From Octopus bimaculoides (lineage: Eukaryota), in assembly GCF_001194135.2 (NCBI RefSeq), contig NC_068998.1, positions 19,446,252-19,510,251 of the forward strand: 64,000 nucleotides of DNA, in the 5' to 3' direction. Under the pieces are notes generated by a model that ran no database searches, was not told the DNA's origin, and saw only the letters and a program-made list of their open reading frames with translations. The position numbers and the translations under genes are program-made. Shown here piece by piece: positions 25,701-40,012 of the stretch (positions within the stretch are counted from its first letter, which is position 1; each line of letters opens with the position of its first letter).

Positions 25701-28700
25701 GTTTAGTGTAAACTTGAACTTCATAGAGGTATAAATTTCCCCGGTATGCACTTTAGTTTCTGGTTCAACATGTGCCTTTGAAGCAGTAGCCTTAGGTGTA
25801 GTTCTGGATTCAGCTAAAATAGAATGATAAGAATGTATAGAGCAACATAAAAGAAAAAAGAAGAGAACACAAATATAAGTGCACATTATTCTGCTTTATA
25901 AAATAAAAAAATAATGAACTCATTATATACAGTGCTCAGGTGCACTACAATTCATCTAGTATCCTACCCTAGAATATAGAAAGTGGTATCTATACCCTAG
26001 AATATATAAAATGGTTGAAAAGTTTAAAGGAAATTTTATGGAAAAGTCTGAAATTAAATTGAAACGTCCAAATCTATTGCTGCTCTGCAAATGACACACA
26101 CATGTAAACTATTTCTCACATGTGCCACATGCAATAGTTTGATATATATTGAATTGAAAACTGAGATAATTCTTGCAATTAGAAGATAAATGTTCTATGT
26201 GATTGTGCATAAAGTCTAAAAATAGTAAATAAAGGAGGTAGCTTGAATAATATCAGCTGAACCAATTTTTTTTTTCTTTTTGAAGATAAAGACAATACAG
26301 TAAGGGTTAGATCTTGCCTTTAAAGTTAACTTTTCTTAATCAGTGTCACTCTTTTAATGATTATTAAATAAGGTTTGTAGCATTTTATCTAAATCCTTTT
26401 CCAATTTATTTTATTTGGTTAATCCATTTCTGTACTGTTTCAATGATTCCAACTTTGAAAGATCTTCTATCTATTTATCTAGACAAATAAATAATTATAA
26501 TATTCAAATATTGTTATACCTGGAGATGGTCATATTTTGTCAATTAAACACACAGTATATATGTTTGGTCTACACTTAAGCTTTATTATTATTATTTTAG
26601 TTTCTTTATCAAAGCTCTTTTGTCACACATCCTGTGACCTCTTCACTGACTCTTTATTCTACTTGTCTCATCTTGTTCAGTTTGTTTCATTTTGTCTTTC
26701 TCTGAGAAAGACAAATGGAATAAGCAGAACACAAACACATGGGATAAGCAGTCGTTGAAGAGGTCACAAAATGTGTGACAAAAGAACTTTGACAAAGAAG
26801 TTAAAATATTAATAATAAAGCTGAAGTGAAGACCAAACATATATAGTGTGTATTCAATTGACAAAATATGACCATTCCCCAAAATAACAATGTCTGTTTC
26901 AACACACAATTTCACATAAAGAATCTTGCAAATTCAAATGTTCTGTCATAAACAGTGTTTGATGCAGTTCATAAGTGTCTGAATTTATATATTTTTTCCA
27001 AACCAAATGTACAAACTTAGGTGTTCAAATGAGTTATTTAAGGAGATGTTTCTTAATGTATATTCAACAATAAAGTCATGTATGGGTTTGTTGTTGATAT
27101 AAATCAATAGTAACTGACACATATGAGCTATCAAAATATTTGTACATTTTAGCTTCCTAACCATATATCCCCATTAAATTCATTACTTTCTTCTTTCATC
27201 TGTGTTTTACTCCTGTTATCTCTACAATGTCTGCTTAAGAAGATCCAAGATAAACTCTTTACTTTTCATCCTTGTTTAGATTTTTCATTTAAACTTCAAA
27301 TCACAGACTATTGACAGTTCCAACAGAATATCAAATGAGAATCAACCCACAAAACTGACTCCAATCTCACACTGTGCAAGAACTACAAGTACTACCCACT
27401 CTAAGATGGAATGATACAAAATTATTCATTTCATATAAAGATAAAAACTAAAATTGTCGTTTCTTGAATCACCAAAGCCCACAAGGCAGTATTACATAGA
27501 TGAAAGAGACATGTTTCTCTGAAGAATATGCCTGCCTAACAAAGAAAACTTTTCATGAAAGCCTGTTAATCTAAAGTAGGGAAATTTGTTTAAAGAAATA
27601 CAGCTAAACACTTGTCTGAAAATAAATATAAAAATATGACTATCCATTTTTGCTTTATTTTAAACATTTAGGTTGCTTCCATCACTAGTTACAAGCATTG
27701 GGTATCACTGAGCTTAAACTGAAGCTCAAAGTCTCTGTTTAGAGTTGCAAATGGGATCATTTAGTTGTGAATCATTTCCACTCCCTGACAAAATTAGATG
27801 GTTCTTTACTGATGAATTACACACAATAAAAAAAAAATAGTATCTAGATTAAATCCACTTTATACTGTTCAATGACATTTTACATACAAGTAGTAACTCA
27901 GATGATTTGTTTCTTCTCTCTGCTTGTATCTCTACAACTTCTGACCTCCTGAACTATCTATCCCTGTATAAGCCTCCACATACCTTTCATCTTCCATTCA
28001 CCCTCATTGTTTCTTATCTCCCCAGACCTTCTCCTCACTACACATTCCCCCAATCTTTCTTAGAACTTCTATATTATGGAATTCCTTTCCTACCACAGAT
28101 GTCCCAAATGAACACTGACTGTATCATTCTCCAAGGACCTATCAAAAGGCTATGAGTACTGCTCCTTTTCCTCTGAATAACTGATTAAATACAAACAACA
28201 AACCATTAATAGCAGAATATATTTACCACTCTTCAATGAAGACAAGTCTTTTGAAGGATCAGCTGAAGCAACTGGCTGCTCTTCTGAAAAGTTTTCATTT
28301 AATATTGCCATAATTACAGCATAGTCATACTGGCTAACGCAAAGCTGAAATAATAGAGATAAAAAAAAAAATGAATAATTAGAGAAATAAACACTATGTG
28401 CATATATTGCCTTGTCCCCAAAATTCATTAAAAACAATTGTGAGTGGTGAATGGGTTTATTTAATTAAATTTTTTTATTATTCAGAGGAGAAAAGGTGTC
28501 GAGAGAAAGAGACGAAATTATCATTAGACTGGAGATGTAATTAAATAGTTACAAGAAAATGGACCCTGCTAAAGACATCAAGTGAGGTTTTGCTGTAGTT
28601 ATGGAAGTACATTCACCACAACCTTCATTTCTTAACTTGTTACTCCCTCCCTCCCTCTAGGCAATACTGGCAATACAATATAAGTAATACTATTAAGGTG

Positions 28701-31700
28701 GCGAGCTGGCAGAAATGTTAGCATGCTGGGCGAAATGCTTAGTTCTGAGTTCAAATTCCGTCAAGGTCAACTTTGCCATTCATCCTTTCGGGGTCAATAA
28801 ATTAAATACCAGTTGCATACTGGGGTTGATCTAATTGAATGGCTCCCTCCCCCAAAATTTCAGGCCTTGTGCTTAGAGTAGAAAAGAATATAAGTAACAC
28901 TATTGCATCAATGAAGACTGGATCTTTGGATATGTTTGTATCACATTCCAGGCAATGATATCTGTTCATTCTCCTCTAGGCATTCCTTTAATACTGATTT
29001 CAAAGTTTGGCACCTGGTACTTTATCAATCCAGAAAGGACAAAAGGTAAAGCTGACCTCAACAGAATTTGAACTCGGAACGTAAAGACAGATGAAATGCT
29101 GCTAAGCATTTTGCCTGGCGTGCTAAAGATTCTGCCACCTTGTTGCCTTAGGTCTTCCTTTTAATATTGCAGTTAAGTCTTATAGGGCAAAGTTCTACTT
29201 TAATGCCAAAAGTGGCAGTGACCAACAGTTTCAGTTGATCATTAAAGAAAAGGAAAAAAAGATAGCAAAGACGTTTTGAAATGTACTTACAGCTAAAGCA
29301 TATTGTTTGCCATCAATACTCATATCTGGTTCCCCATGGTACCAGCCAGCAGACAGGTTCCTGTTAACATTTATACTTAATGTAGCAGGCTCTAATAAAA
29401 GATATTCTGTGCATATTTTCTTTTCTTCATTCAACATAGCTCTGAAAAAATAAAAGTAAATATATCATTATAGATGACAAAACAATTTCAAATGAATAAA
29501 AGAATCATGACGCTGTCTATCAAACTGTTGGAAACAAGAAGCCAAACCTCACCTTAACAAAAGGAAAGACACATTGAATGATATAGCCCCGAGATATAAA
29601 AAGATGGGAAGGTTATGGTTGGATGCCCTTTCAAACACTAACTAGTAGCACTTAGGAATTAGAGTTGTTATACATTCAGTGTGTATATACAGTAGTCACA
29701 AGGAAAATATCGTTCAACAAAATTCTTGTGCATAACAACCAAAAATTAGAGGTAACATTTGCTACCAATAAAATTTGAAGTCAGTTATGTATCAAACATG
29801 ACTGCCTTTACTAAACTGCAGGCTTATTACACAACCCATCAATTTATTTGTTACAAATACTGAATTAGGCTCTCCATTGGTCAATGTTGATCATACATTG
29901 GCATATGCATGTGCAGACCTGGACAAAATTTCTTCTGACAGACTGGTAGATGCCCCATGCTTGCAAGTTTCCCCTCTGCGTTTTATGGATGCTTATCCAA
30001 AATAAAAGGTTGCAAACTTGAGCCAACACAGCTTGGCACCATATCATCCCAGCTGTTACTGTCAGAAAGCAAGGAGCTGGAATAGATACTGCAAGGTATC
30101 TCACTAGACTCTCTGAAAATTCTGCCAATCCACTGCCCTTGATTGGTAATTATTTTTTTATTAATTTCAAAAGGATGAAAGGCAAACTTGACTTTGGTAG
30201 GATTTGAACTAAGAATGCAGAGAGTCAGAACAAATACTGCAAAACATTCTATCAAATGCTCAAATAGTTCCATCAATTTGCCACCTTACAAATATTGGTA
30301 TAAGACAAACCCTTTTACCGAGGAGAACAAATATTTCCACTCAAGATTTCATAATCCTTAATTCTAGAAAGCAGTTTTATACACCAACACCAATCTATTT
30401 TTTGTTGAGGAAAGTCATGTTTGAAACTATTTTCTGTTGAGATATGTCAAGTTTATTGAGGCAATGTGACTTGCAGAAAATACCACTTCTATCCTTTGTA
30501 AGATATTTACATCATATTGAAATAACCATGAAATTTAATTTCACATAAACCAATGTTGAAAATGAAATGCATACATATATTTACACACACACACACACAC
30601 ATACACATACAAATATATATATGTTGAGAAAGAAATACAAACCTTGACACCTTCAGAGAAGTGAGTTGAATACTCATTTTGTCAATAACAGCGGGTTTGC
30701 CATCTGCTGATTTGGCCTCAGCTGAATGGAAACTATTGCTGATGTCCAAGTTACCGAGATCGACCAATAAGATGTTGGGAGACTTTGAGTGTTGCGGAAC
30801 AAGAATAAGAGGTGCTTTCATTTTGATGCATAGACCAATTCGACTGGCAGTTTCTTGTAAGCTGGCCACAGTTTCTTTGGAATATTCAGCCATTTTCTCT
30901 CCAGCTTCAGAAATTTTTTCTTTAGCTGCTTGGAATTGGTTTAAGAAACCCTGGACATTGATGAAATACAGATTCATTGAAACTTTAAAATTATCAAATG
31001 AGTCAGAGAGAGACATTACATAATAACATACAAAATTATTGACTTTTAGCATTCTCTGAAAGATATGTGGGTGGGCTGAAAAGTTCACAGGCTGACTATG
31101 AACGAGTGATGCTACAGCTGTGAAATACTACATGTATTAATTTCAATGTTTCTTATTAATAATTGCATTGTTTCTTTCCAGGTAAACTGACATTGGACTT
31201 CAAAAGTAACTACTAGTGACTTCTCTTACATGTGCATGTGTGTGTGTGTATTGTCAGTAAATCAAATCTGAAAGAGAAGCACACTCTAAGTTATAGAGCA
31301 GTAGAGTTATTAGATAAAGATAGTTGTGGTTAGTCTAAGGGGTTACCCAGTGTTTCATGTCCATAAAGTACTTAGCTTTTACAACATCTCTTCAGACAAT
31401 GGCCACCAGCCAATGTCTGAAAAGATGCTGTAAAGCTAAGTGCTTTATGGACGTGAAACCCTGGGTAACCCCTTAGACGAGCCATAACTATCTTTAACTA
31501 ATTATATAAGAAACTTGCTATAACCTAGGCAACAGCAGAAGATACATATGCAAGGTATCACACAGAGGGAGTGAACCTAAAACTGCATTATTGCAAAACA
31601 AACTTCTTAATCACACAGCTGTGTCATTGCTTTTCAAGAAATTCTAATTAAAACACTGTAGAAAAACAAGAACTACATCATCAATAATGATATGGATAAA

Positions 31701-34700
31701 ATTAAAATTTAATGTTTTAATCAATAAATTAATTGCAACTGTTTTATTTCTTAATTTGAATTATCTATTTCTAAGGTCATTTATTTTCCACAGCTTGCAG
31801 TAATTTGCTAACTCCTTTCTTACTATGTACGAAAATATTTTTCTATTGAAAATGACCTGACAGAGTTTAACCCTTTTGCCTCCAGATTGCTGTGCCAAAT
31901 GTAATGTTTATTTATTCACATTGTTTTTGATCAATCATGCGTTATCTTGTAGTTTCAAGATTTCAATGATGACTGTCTATTTTTAGAATGATATTATAGA
32001 GTAGGTGTGAGAGGCCAGATCTGGTTGGTTTGAAAATAAAACAAGTAGAATATTTGGGGCTGGGTATGGCTGGTTTAAATGCTAAAGAGTTAAGTAAATA
32101 TTGATAATATCCTCTACAATATTTGCATTATAGTTTTGAGATTTCGATATGATATGATTATTTATTTTTAGAATGACATTATAGGGTAGGTGTGAGAAGT
32201 CAGATCTGGTCAGTCTGAACACAAAATAGGTAGAATATTACACTGGTAGAAATAGGTAGAATTACACTGACTTTTGAAATGCCACTGCATTAACTTAGTT
32301 GACAATTTATAAAAACCAGGATGGATATTAGAGATAAAATGGAAAAAAAAAGCTTTTAGAAACTTACCAATAGCTGATTAACATACTTGTTAAGGAAGAC
32401 AAATTGCATACATCCTATCGTGACATCAATGCTAGTATCAACGCAAGACATGTTAAAGAATTTGTCACCTTTTGTCCCATTATTATAAGCCACAATTCCA
32501 CATTTCAGTACTTCAGAGCCTTTGATTGATAAAATCTGAAAAATTTAATTGAAATTTAGAAAAAAAAAAAAAACAATAAAACAGATAATTGAATAACTGA
32601 AATTATTGGATTAGCAAGAAAGTAATTTCGGTTTTTTTACTGTGAAAGAAAAGTCATTTTTTTAATACAAAGAATGAACTTTAATCAGTTATATATTTTT
32701 CATTTTGTTCGATGACCCTTTGCCATCTTTCTGGCAACTTCATGATTCTGCACTCATAGAACTTCTGGTCCTTAGTCAAAAACTGAAGTAAGTGTAATTT
32801 CAAATCATCATCATTATTGAAAGTTTTACCCTTCAAAGAATTTTGCAAACTTCAAAATAAATGGTAATCTGATGGTGCAGGGTCAAGGCAATATGGTGGA
32901 TGTGACATCACTTCCCAACCAAGCTCCAATAACTTTTCATGAGTTAGCAAAGACATGTGTGGTCTGGCGTTGTCATGGTGGAATACAATGCCTCTGCGAT
33001 CTGCCAATTCTAGCTGTTTTTCTTTGATTGCTTCTTCCAGTTTCATTAGTTGTTGACAGTAAACATCTGAATTGATCGTTTGGTTCCTTGGAAGTAGCTC
33101 AAAATACACAACACCTTTGTAATCCCATCAAATTGACAGCACTACCTTTTTTTGATGCAATTTAGCTTTTGATGTGGTTTGTGCTGGTTCATTATGCTTG
33201 GATCATGATTGTTTCCGATTGATGTTATTGCAGACAATCCATTTTTAATCACCAGTGAGGATTCGCTTAAAAAGAAAAAAAGTCGATTTCATTGTGTTTG
33301 AGATGCATATTGCAAATATTGATCCGTTGTGTTAAGTGAATCTCTTTCAATTCATGTGGAATCCAAATACCAAGCTTCTTAATGAGTCTAAGACATTTTA
33401 AGTGATTTTCAATTGTTGTGTGTGATACATTTAACCTCTCCGCAACCTCTCGTAAATTTGACAATCAGATTCAATGATGGCTTTGATTCGGTCATCATCA
33501 ACTTCAGTAGATCGACCAGAACATTGGTTATCTTTGAGTGAAAAATCTTCAGAACAGAATTTTTAAAACTATTTCTAATATATGTATTCAGTCAAGCAAT
33601 CAACAGCATAAACTTTACATATTTCTTTATGAGCCTTAGCAGCTTTCTTGCCTTAAGGGAAATAAAAAAGCAAAATATGATGAAAATGTTCGTTTTTGCA
33701 CTCCATGTTAAAATTGACACAGAACTAACAGCTGTACACAAAATTACGCACAATTTGCTTCTAAAGTAAGCTAAAAGTAACGGCTATCAAACGTCAAAAG
33801 GAAAAAAAATCATAACATTGACAAAAGTTATTCAAAAAAATTGTAACTCTATTTGTGAAAAACTCATGATGGTGGTTTAAGCTCAGCACTGCAAATTGAC
33901 AAAACATTTGCCAATTTTACAGTGACCTTGCTGTCAACAATTGTGTTTTCTACAATATTAAGGTAGTTGTTTATAGGTTGGTGCACAGGACACATTACCT
34001 CAAACAAAGCTATAGATCCTCATCAGTTAATCCTTTAGTGACTGTATTTCTTATGAGTAGGCAATCTATGCCTTTTCATTTTTTTTTCAATGTAACAAAA
34101 ACTTTGAAAGAATTTAGTAAAATATCTTAACAGCTACAAGGGTAAAGATGAGGCCTAAGATAGAAACAACTATAGAGGTATCAACCTGCTAGACCAAGTC
34201 ATGAAGATTACTGAGAGGGTTATAGCTCAATTGATTAGAAATAGAATTAAACTAGATGAGATGCAGTTTGGTTTTGTACCTGGGAAGAGTGCCACAGATG
34301 CCATCTTCCTAGTGAGACCACTGCAGGAAAAGTACCTGGCCAAAAGTAAGCCATTGTACTTAGCCTTTGTTGACCTGGAGAAAGCTTTCAACAGAGTTCA
34401 CTGCTCTGTTATATGGTGGTCTCTAAAGAAGTTAGGAGTAGAGGAGTGGCTACTACTGCTTTCGTAAAAAGCACTACTAACTTCACCTGTGCTTGTGCCA
34501 CATAAAAAGCACTAAGTCCACTCTGCTGAGTGGTTGGTGTTAGGAAGGGCATCCAGCTGTAAAAATCCTATCAAGACAGTTACAGAAGTCTGGTGCAGGC
34601 TTCTGCCTGGCCAGTTCTTGTGAAACCATCCCAGCCATGCTAGCATGGAAGGTGGATGTTAAACAAAGATGATGATGATGATGATGAGTAACTTTTTTTA

Positions 34701-37700
34701 TATATATCAGTTTATTGTGTTGGTGTTAACCAAAAAAATCTCTTGATATGATTAATACTTTAATGATATTTTAACAATGATTTCAATTTACATATAAACA
34801 ATTTAGAATAAGTGGTCATAAACAAGTTGGTATTAAAAGGGTTAATGACTAAAAATTTGGTGTATATTATGTAAGCATTAAGATATGTGACAGAAAGCTT
34901 TTTTTTCTTCTTATGTATATAAATAAAAGGTCAAACATACTTCAGGGTAATAGCATTGAGCATCTGAGTTTAAGATAACGAGATCCTTCAGTTCAGCTCC
35001 GATGGTTGTTTTGTCAACTTGAAGACTGACATCAGCATTTATACCTGTCGTAAAATAGAAGTTAGAAATCTTGACATCTTTAAAAACAGTGTAACAATAC
35101 ATATAAACCAAATATCCAAAATACCATAAGGATACAGCAAGACTGAAAGATAACAAGTTTGTTTTGCAACCACATGGTCTTGGGTTCAATTCCACTCTGT
35201 GGTACCATCAACTTCAGTTTGACCCAAATCTTGTGAGTGAAAATAGGTAGATAGAAACAGCATGAACATCTGTCAGATGGATTGTAGACATAACTTAAAG
35301 GTCAAGCCTTGTCATACTGCATTACACTGATGCAAACTAATTAAAACAAAACATGAAGTGTGATTCTGCAGAAGAATTATATTACGAGATGTGTCTGTGG
35401 AATATTCAATGGCACAAGTGTCATTTCAAGGAGCAGATTGTTTAGTTTGTCAAACAACTGAATACCCATTGTTGAAAACCAACAGAGATTTGTCTTATAT
35501 ATGAATCCAATATCTAAATATTGTAGTGCTGCATATGAACCAAGTATGTAAAATACTATAGTGATAAGTATCGTGTGAGATGTTTACTACAGTAACAACA
35601 TATCTGTAGAATTACACTTATAAAACCCACCACAACATCCAGTCTACATTGCAATGTGGTGTCTTGTATGCCTCAATGACCTTAAGAGTTATGCCAGTGG
35701 AGTGCAAGCTCTTGGCTGGGTCATTCATGCTGAACAGATCAAAGGATAAAGGCCAGTCTATTATGGACCACCTCTTCCAAGAGATAAAAATGGGTTTGCA
35801 TAAGGCCAACATCTCCAGCTACAATAAAGCAAAAGTTACAGAAGCATCAACGGCAATTCAGCACCAACAAAGCCTGAGAGAGGAAGGCTTTCTCTTCGGG
35901 AAACATGACAGGCCACACCACGAGACAGTCCAGAGTCAAGAACAGTGGAGAAGAGTTAATGATATATATGAATTTTTACAAGGAAAAGGTTGACAGTGAC
36001 TTTAAAGTTTTGACTTACTAGCTGTCACCAATTTGTAGTTTAGTTTGGTTTTTAAGTCTTATATATAGTGCTTTTAGCAGGGTACTCCTTTACTGGTTAG
36101 AACAATGTATATGAAAATTAGGTGTGGTATAAGTGAGTTTGTAGGCATAAAAAGAGAAGGGATTGTGTATGAAGTGTGATGGAGGAGGGAAGGAGGTTAG
36201 TATATGTTTGTAGGGAGTGGGTGGCGACTACTTCCAGTCAATGAAAGTAAACAGTAGGATCCACAGAAACTAATAATGGTCATTGTTAGTTTACTATTGT
36301 ATGCTGAACAGACTAAATAACTGATGAATAAATAATTCTTAGTAAAATAATGAGATTACATACCTTTCACCTTGATCTTAGTGATAAGTTGAGTTGGTGA
36401 GGAAATGCCAACAGTAATTGTATCAAGTTGAGCTGTAACTTTGATGTCGATGATTCCTCTGTCTCGTAATTTTCCCTTTTCTGCAAAGTGGGAGAAGAAA
36501 AATGTATATATAAAATTGTCCATTTTATATACAAAGTATGACTTGTTTTCAGAGAATACAAGGTTAATTTTTAGAAGGGTAGGTCAATGTTGTTTAAACT
36601 GGCCCCAGTGGACTGCTTGGTATTATTTTCAATATTTACATCTACAAGGGTGATGAGCTGGCAGAATTGTTAGCAAGCCAGGCAAAATGCCTCGTGGCAT
36701 TTCGTCTGTCTTTATATTCTGAGTTCAAATTCTACCAAAGTCCATTTTCCTTTCTTCCTTTTGCAGTTGATAAAAACAGTACCATTTGAGCACTGGGGTC
36801 AATGTACTCAATTTAACCCTTCCCTCCAAATTGCTGGCCTTGTGTCAAAATTTGAAACCAATTTTTATATCTACACCACAGTTTAATTGTTAGATGCTTT
36901 ATTCCTGGATATATACATAATGCCAGACTAGATTCAAAGTAGGAGGCTTTATTTTTAAACTATCCCCTACCCTGCTGACTTGTGAATGAGTTTTAAAATA
37001 TTTCTAGTTTTAATTCAGTCTGGTACTATGTACATAATGAATGATAAGACACCAGATGACAATCAGGGATCAGATCAATCAAAATGAAGCTTAGATAATA
37101 AATATTTATACATAACACAGTATGTATTAGAAAACCTGAAATAAATCTAAAGTAGTTAACCTACAGTTTTGAGCTGTGGAACATAAAAAAAATATGAACA
37201 CATCTTGTTACCCTCTTCATACACAGAAATATAAAGATTGTCCTGATGTGATAAAGGTGCATGGCCTAGTGGTTAGGATGTTGCACTCATGATCGGAAGA
37301 TTACGGTTTCAAATCTTGGTCCAGGAATTGAAACCACAATCTCACAGTCATTGTGTTCCTCAGTAAAATGCATTATTTCAAGTAGCTCCAACTCTTTTAG
37401 CTGTAAATGAACTACCCTGACATCCTGTTCAGGGGGGAGTGCTATGTCAGTCATTTATACACCTTGGATACCATATAAACCAGCTCTATCAGCCTTAGGA
37501 CTCAAAACAATACATCAGTGATATGTTACATTGTTACCTGGCTCATTGACCACTTATCAGAGGACAAGTGCTCACTGAATTCTTCTGCCCATAGTGTATA
37601 CATAAACAATGTAAAAAGTTTTCATTTTTAAGAGTAGTTAGTTGCTTAAAAAACTATAATGTTATTCTCATCAGCTTAACTCACATATTTGAACACTAGA

Positions 37701-39968
37701 TGTACAATAAAGGCTTTAACCCTCAAGCATTCAGATTATTCTATCAAATGCAATGTTTATTCATTCACATTGGTTTGAATTCATCTTGCATTATCTTGTA
37801 ACTTCAAGATTTCAAAGATGTGACTGTTTAGTTTCAGAATGACATTGCAGGGTAGGTGTGAGAGGACAGATCCAGTCAGCTTGAACATAAAACAGATAGA
37901 ATATTTGGGTCAGAAAAGGCTGGTTTAAATGTGAAAGGGTTAAACAGATTAGTTTTCAGCTGTCATAAAATTTTGAATGACTAACTTCACAGCGTATTTT
38001 CTTAGGGCATTCACTAAAAAAAATGCTTTAACCAGAGAGAGCCTTACAAACCATAATTGTAGAATGATATATAAACATGTCTGTAATTTCATTTTCTTAC
38101 ATATCAACTCCTAAACTTTTAGAGTAACGTAAGAATTCTAACAGTCCTGTGTAGGAATTAATAATATTTTCAAGTGCAGTTATACTGGCACATCAAAAGA
38201 TCATATTAAACTTTGAATTAACTGTTAATATATTCCTTAAAAGCTCAGTTAATAATCAATTTAATCATTAATAATGTTAATTAGAAATTAGTAATATTTA
38301 TTAACAAGAAATAAAGGACATAATATCACTCGGATAAAGTTCCCCACCCCACTCTCATTCACGAAGTGATGGTGTAACTATATGAGTGTAAGACTGGATA
38401 TATTTTGCAAATGGCTTCCTTATTGATGAAATTTTAGGTTTTGACAAGGAAAGGACAAAGCTTCTTAGCACAAATTATAAGTTTTAACCCTTTCAATACA
38501 AAACTGCCCAAGACTGCCCATGGATCTAAGATACAAACTTTCTATTTTAAATTAACCTAAATTAAATCTTTCTTCAGAAATTTCATATTAATTTATGTTC
38601 CAAACACCGTTTAATAATGATAAAGTTATTTTACTAAATTCTTCATTATTGCCAAAATTATAACAAAGGCAGTGTATTTTAACAGGAATTTGTAAACAAA
38701 AGGGTTAAATATAAAAAGGTAAATAAATAAACACAATTAAAAACAAATGTATGTGTATTCATGACAGTAAAATCTTACTCTTGGCAACAGGCTTCTTTTC
38801 AGGTTCTTTTTTAGCTTCTTTTGCCTTTTTATCAGTTTGAGAAACAAGAGATTGCGAAGCTGCAGCTGATTTTTCTGAAATCACAGATTGTGAAATCCCA
38901 GGAGATTTTTCTACAGAGTCACTGGGTTCTGGTGGTGCTAGTTGTTGAGCAAATTGCATGAGGTCAATTATTGCAGTTTGGTCAAGTAGTAGTTCTAGCA
39001 TGGAGAAAGAGACTGATATTGATTGTTCAGTGTTCTTGTATACTATTTTGAAGTCAGGAGCATCAAGGTTAGCCTGTAAAATAAATAATTGCTTACAATG
39101 CTCAAAGGAAACAAAATAAAAAGGAGTTTGAATTTAACTTTTTTAATATCTTTTATAAAGGTTTTCTTTTAGGTATTTTCTAAAATTGGATTAATATTTT
39201 GAGAATCTGAAACAATTTCAGTTCAGTTTACAAAATATTTCAAATAACAGATCTCAAGACACACACACACACACACACATACTCAGATGCATGCAGAGAC
39301 ATTGTATAAAGTCATACCTTAAGATACTCTAATATTAACAACTTGCTCTCTGTATCATCAGAGCTTGGAGTGTGAATTAGATTGACAACTTTTCCATTTG
39401 GATCAGCTGAAAAAAAAAAAAAGTAACTATTTAATAGGATAAAATAAACAGAAATGGTCAATGAACAAGAATTAATACAAATTCCATGCCAGCATGGAAG
39501 GTGGACGTTAAATGATGATGATGATGATGATGTGCTTCTGAAATCCAACAACCTTGGGACTTGGCCATTGTCAGACCACGGAAAAGTAACTGAAAGCAGA
39601 AATTAACACTGAAGAGAAGTTCCTACGTAAACTTAGTTTTGCCATCTCATTTCATCTATATATATATATATATATATGTGGAGAATGGAGAAACAAACAC
39701 AAGAAGAAGCAAGTCAGCTGGGCTAGTTAGCCATTGATTTAATTATGTGGAGATTATATAATGAGTCATTTATGAACGTTTCGATGTGCCAAATGGTTTG
39801 GCAGATCTCTTCAGAATGTTGAGGAGTATGTTAGAGTTCATGGTGTAAGAGATGCAGGAGAAACAGTTAAGACGATACCCACACAAGTAATTTCCAGGAG
39901 TGCCTTCGGATTTAAATATCCCCTGGTTGCTTAGATACTTCAGACTACCCTTGAAATATTGAAGCAAT

Positions 39969-40012
<44 letters not shown>

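Noticed and set aside
30679-31023. 114-aa plus-strand ORF (similarly 23124-23327)
   Set aside because: Antisense shadow of VPS13 exons w23 and w27.
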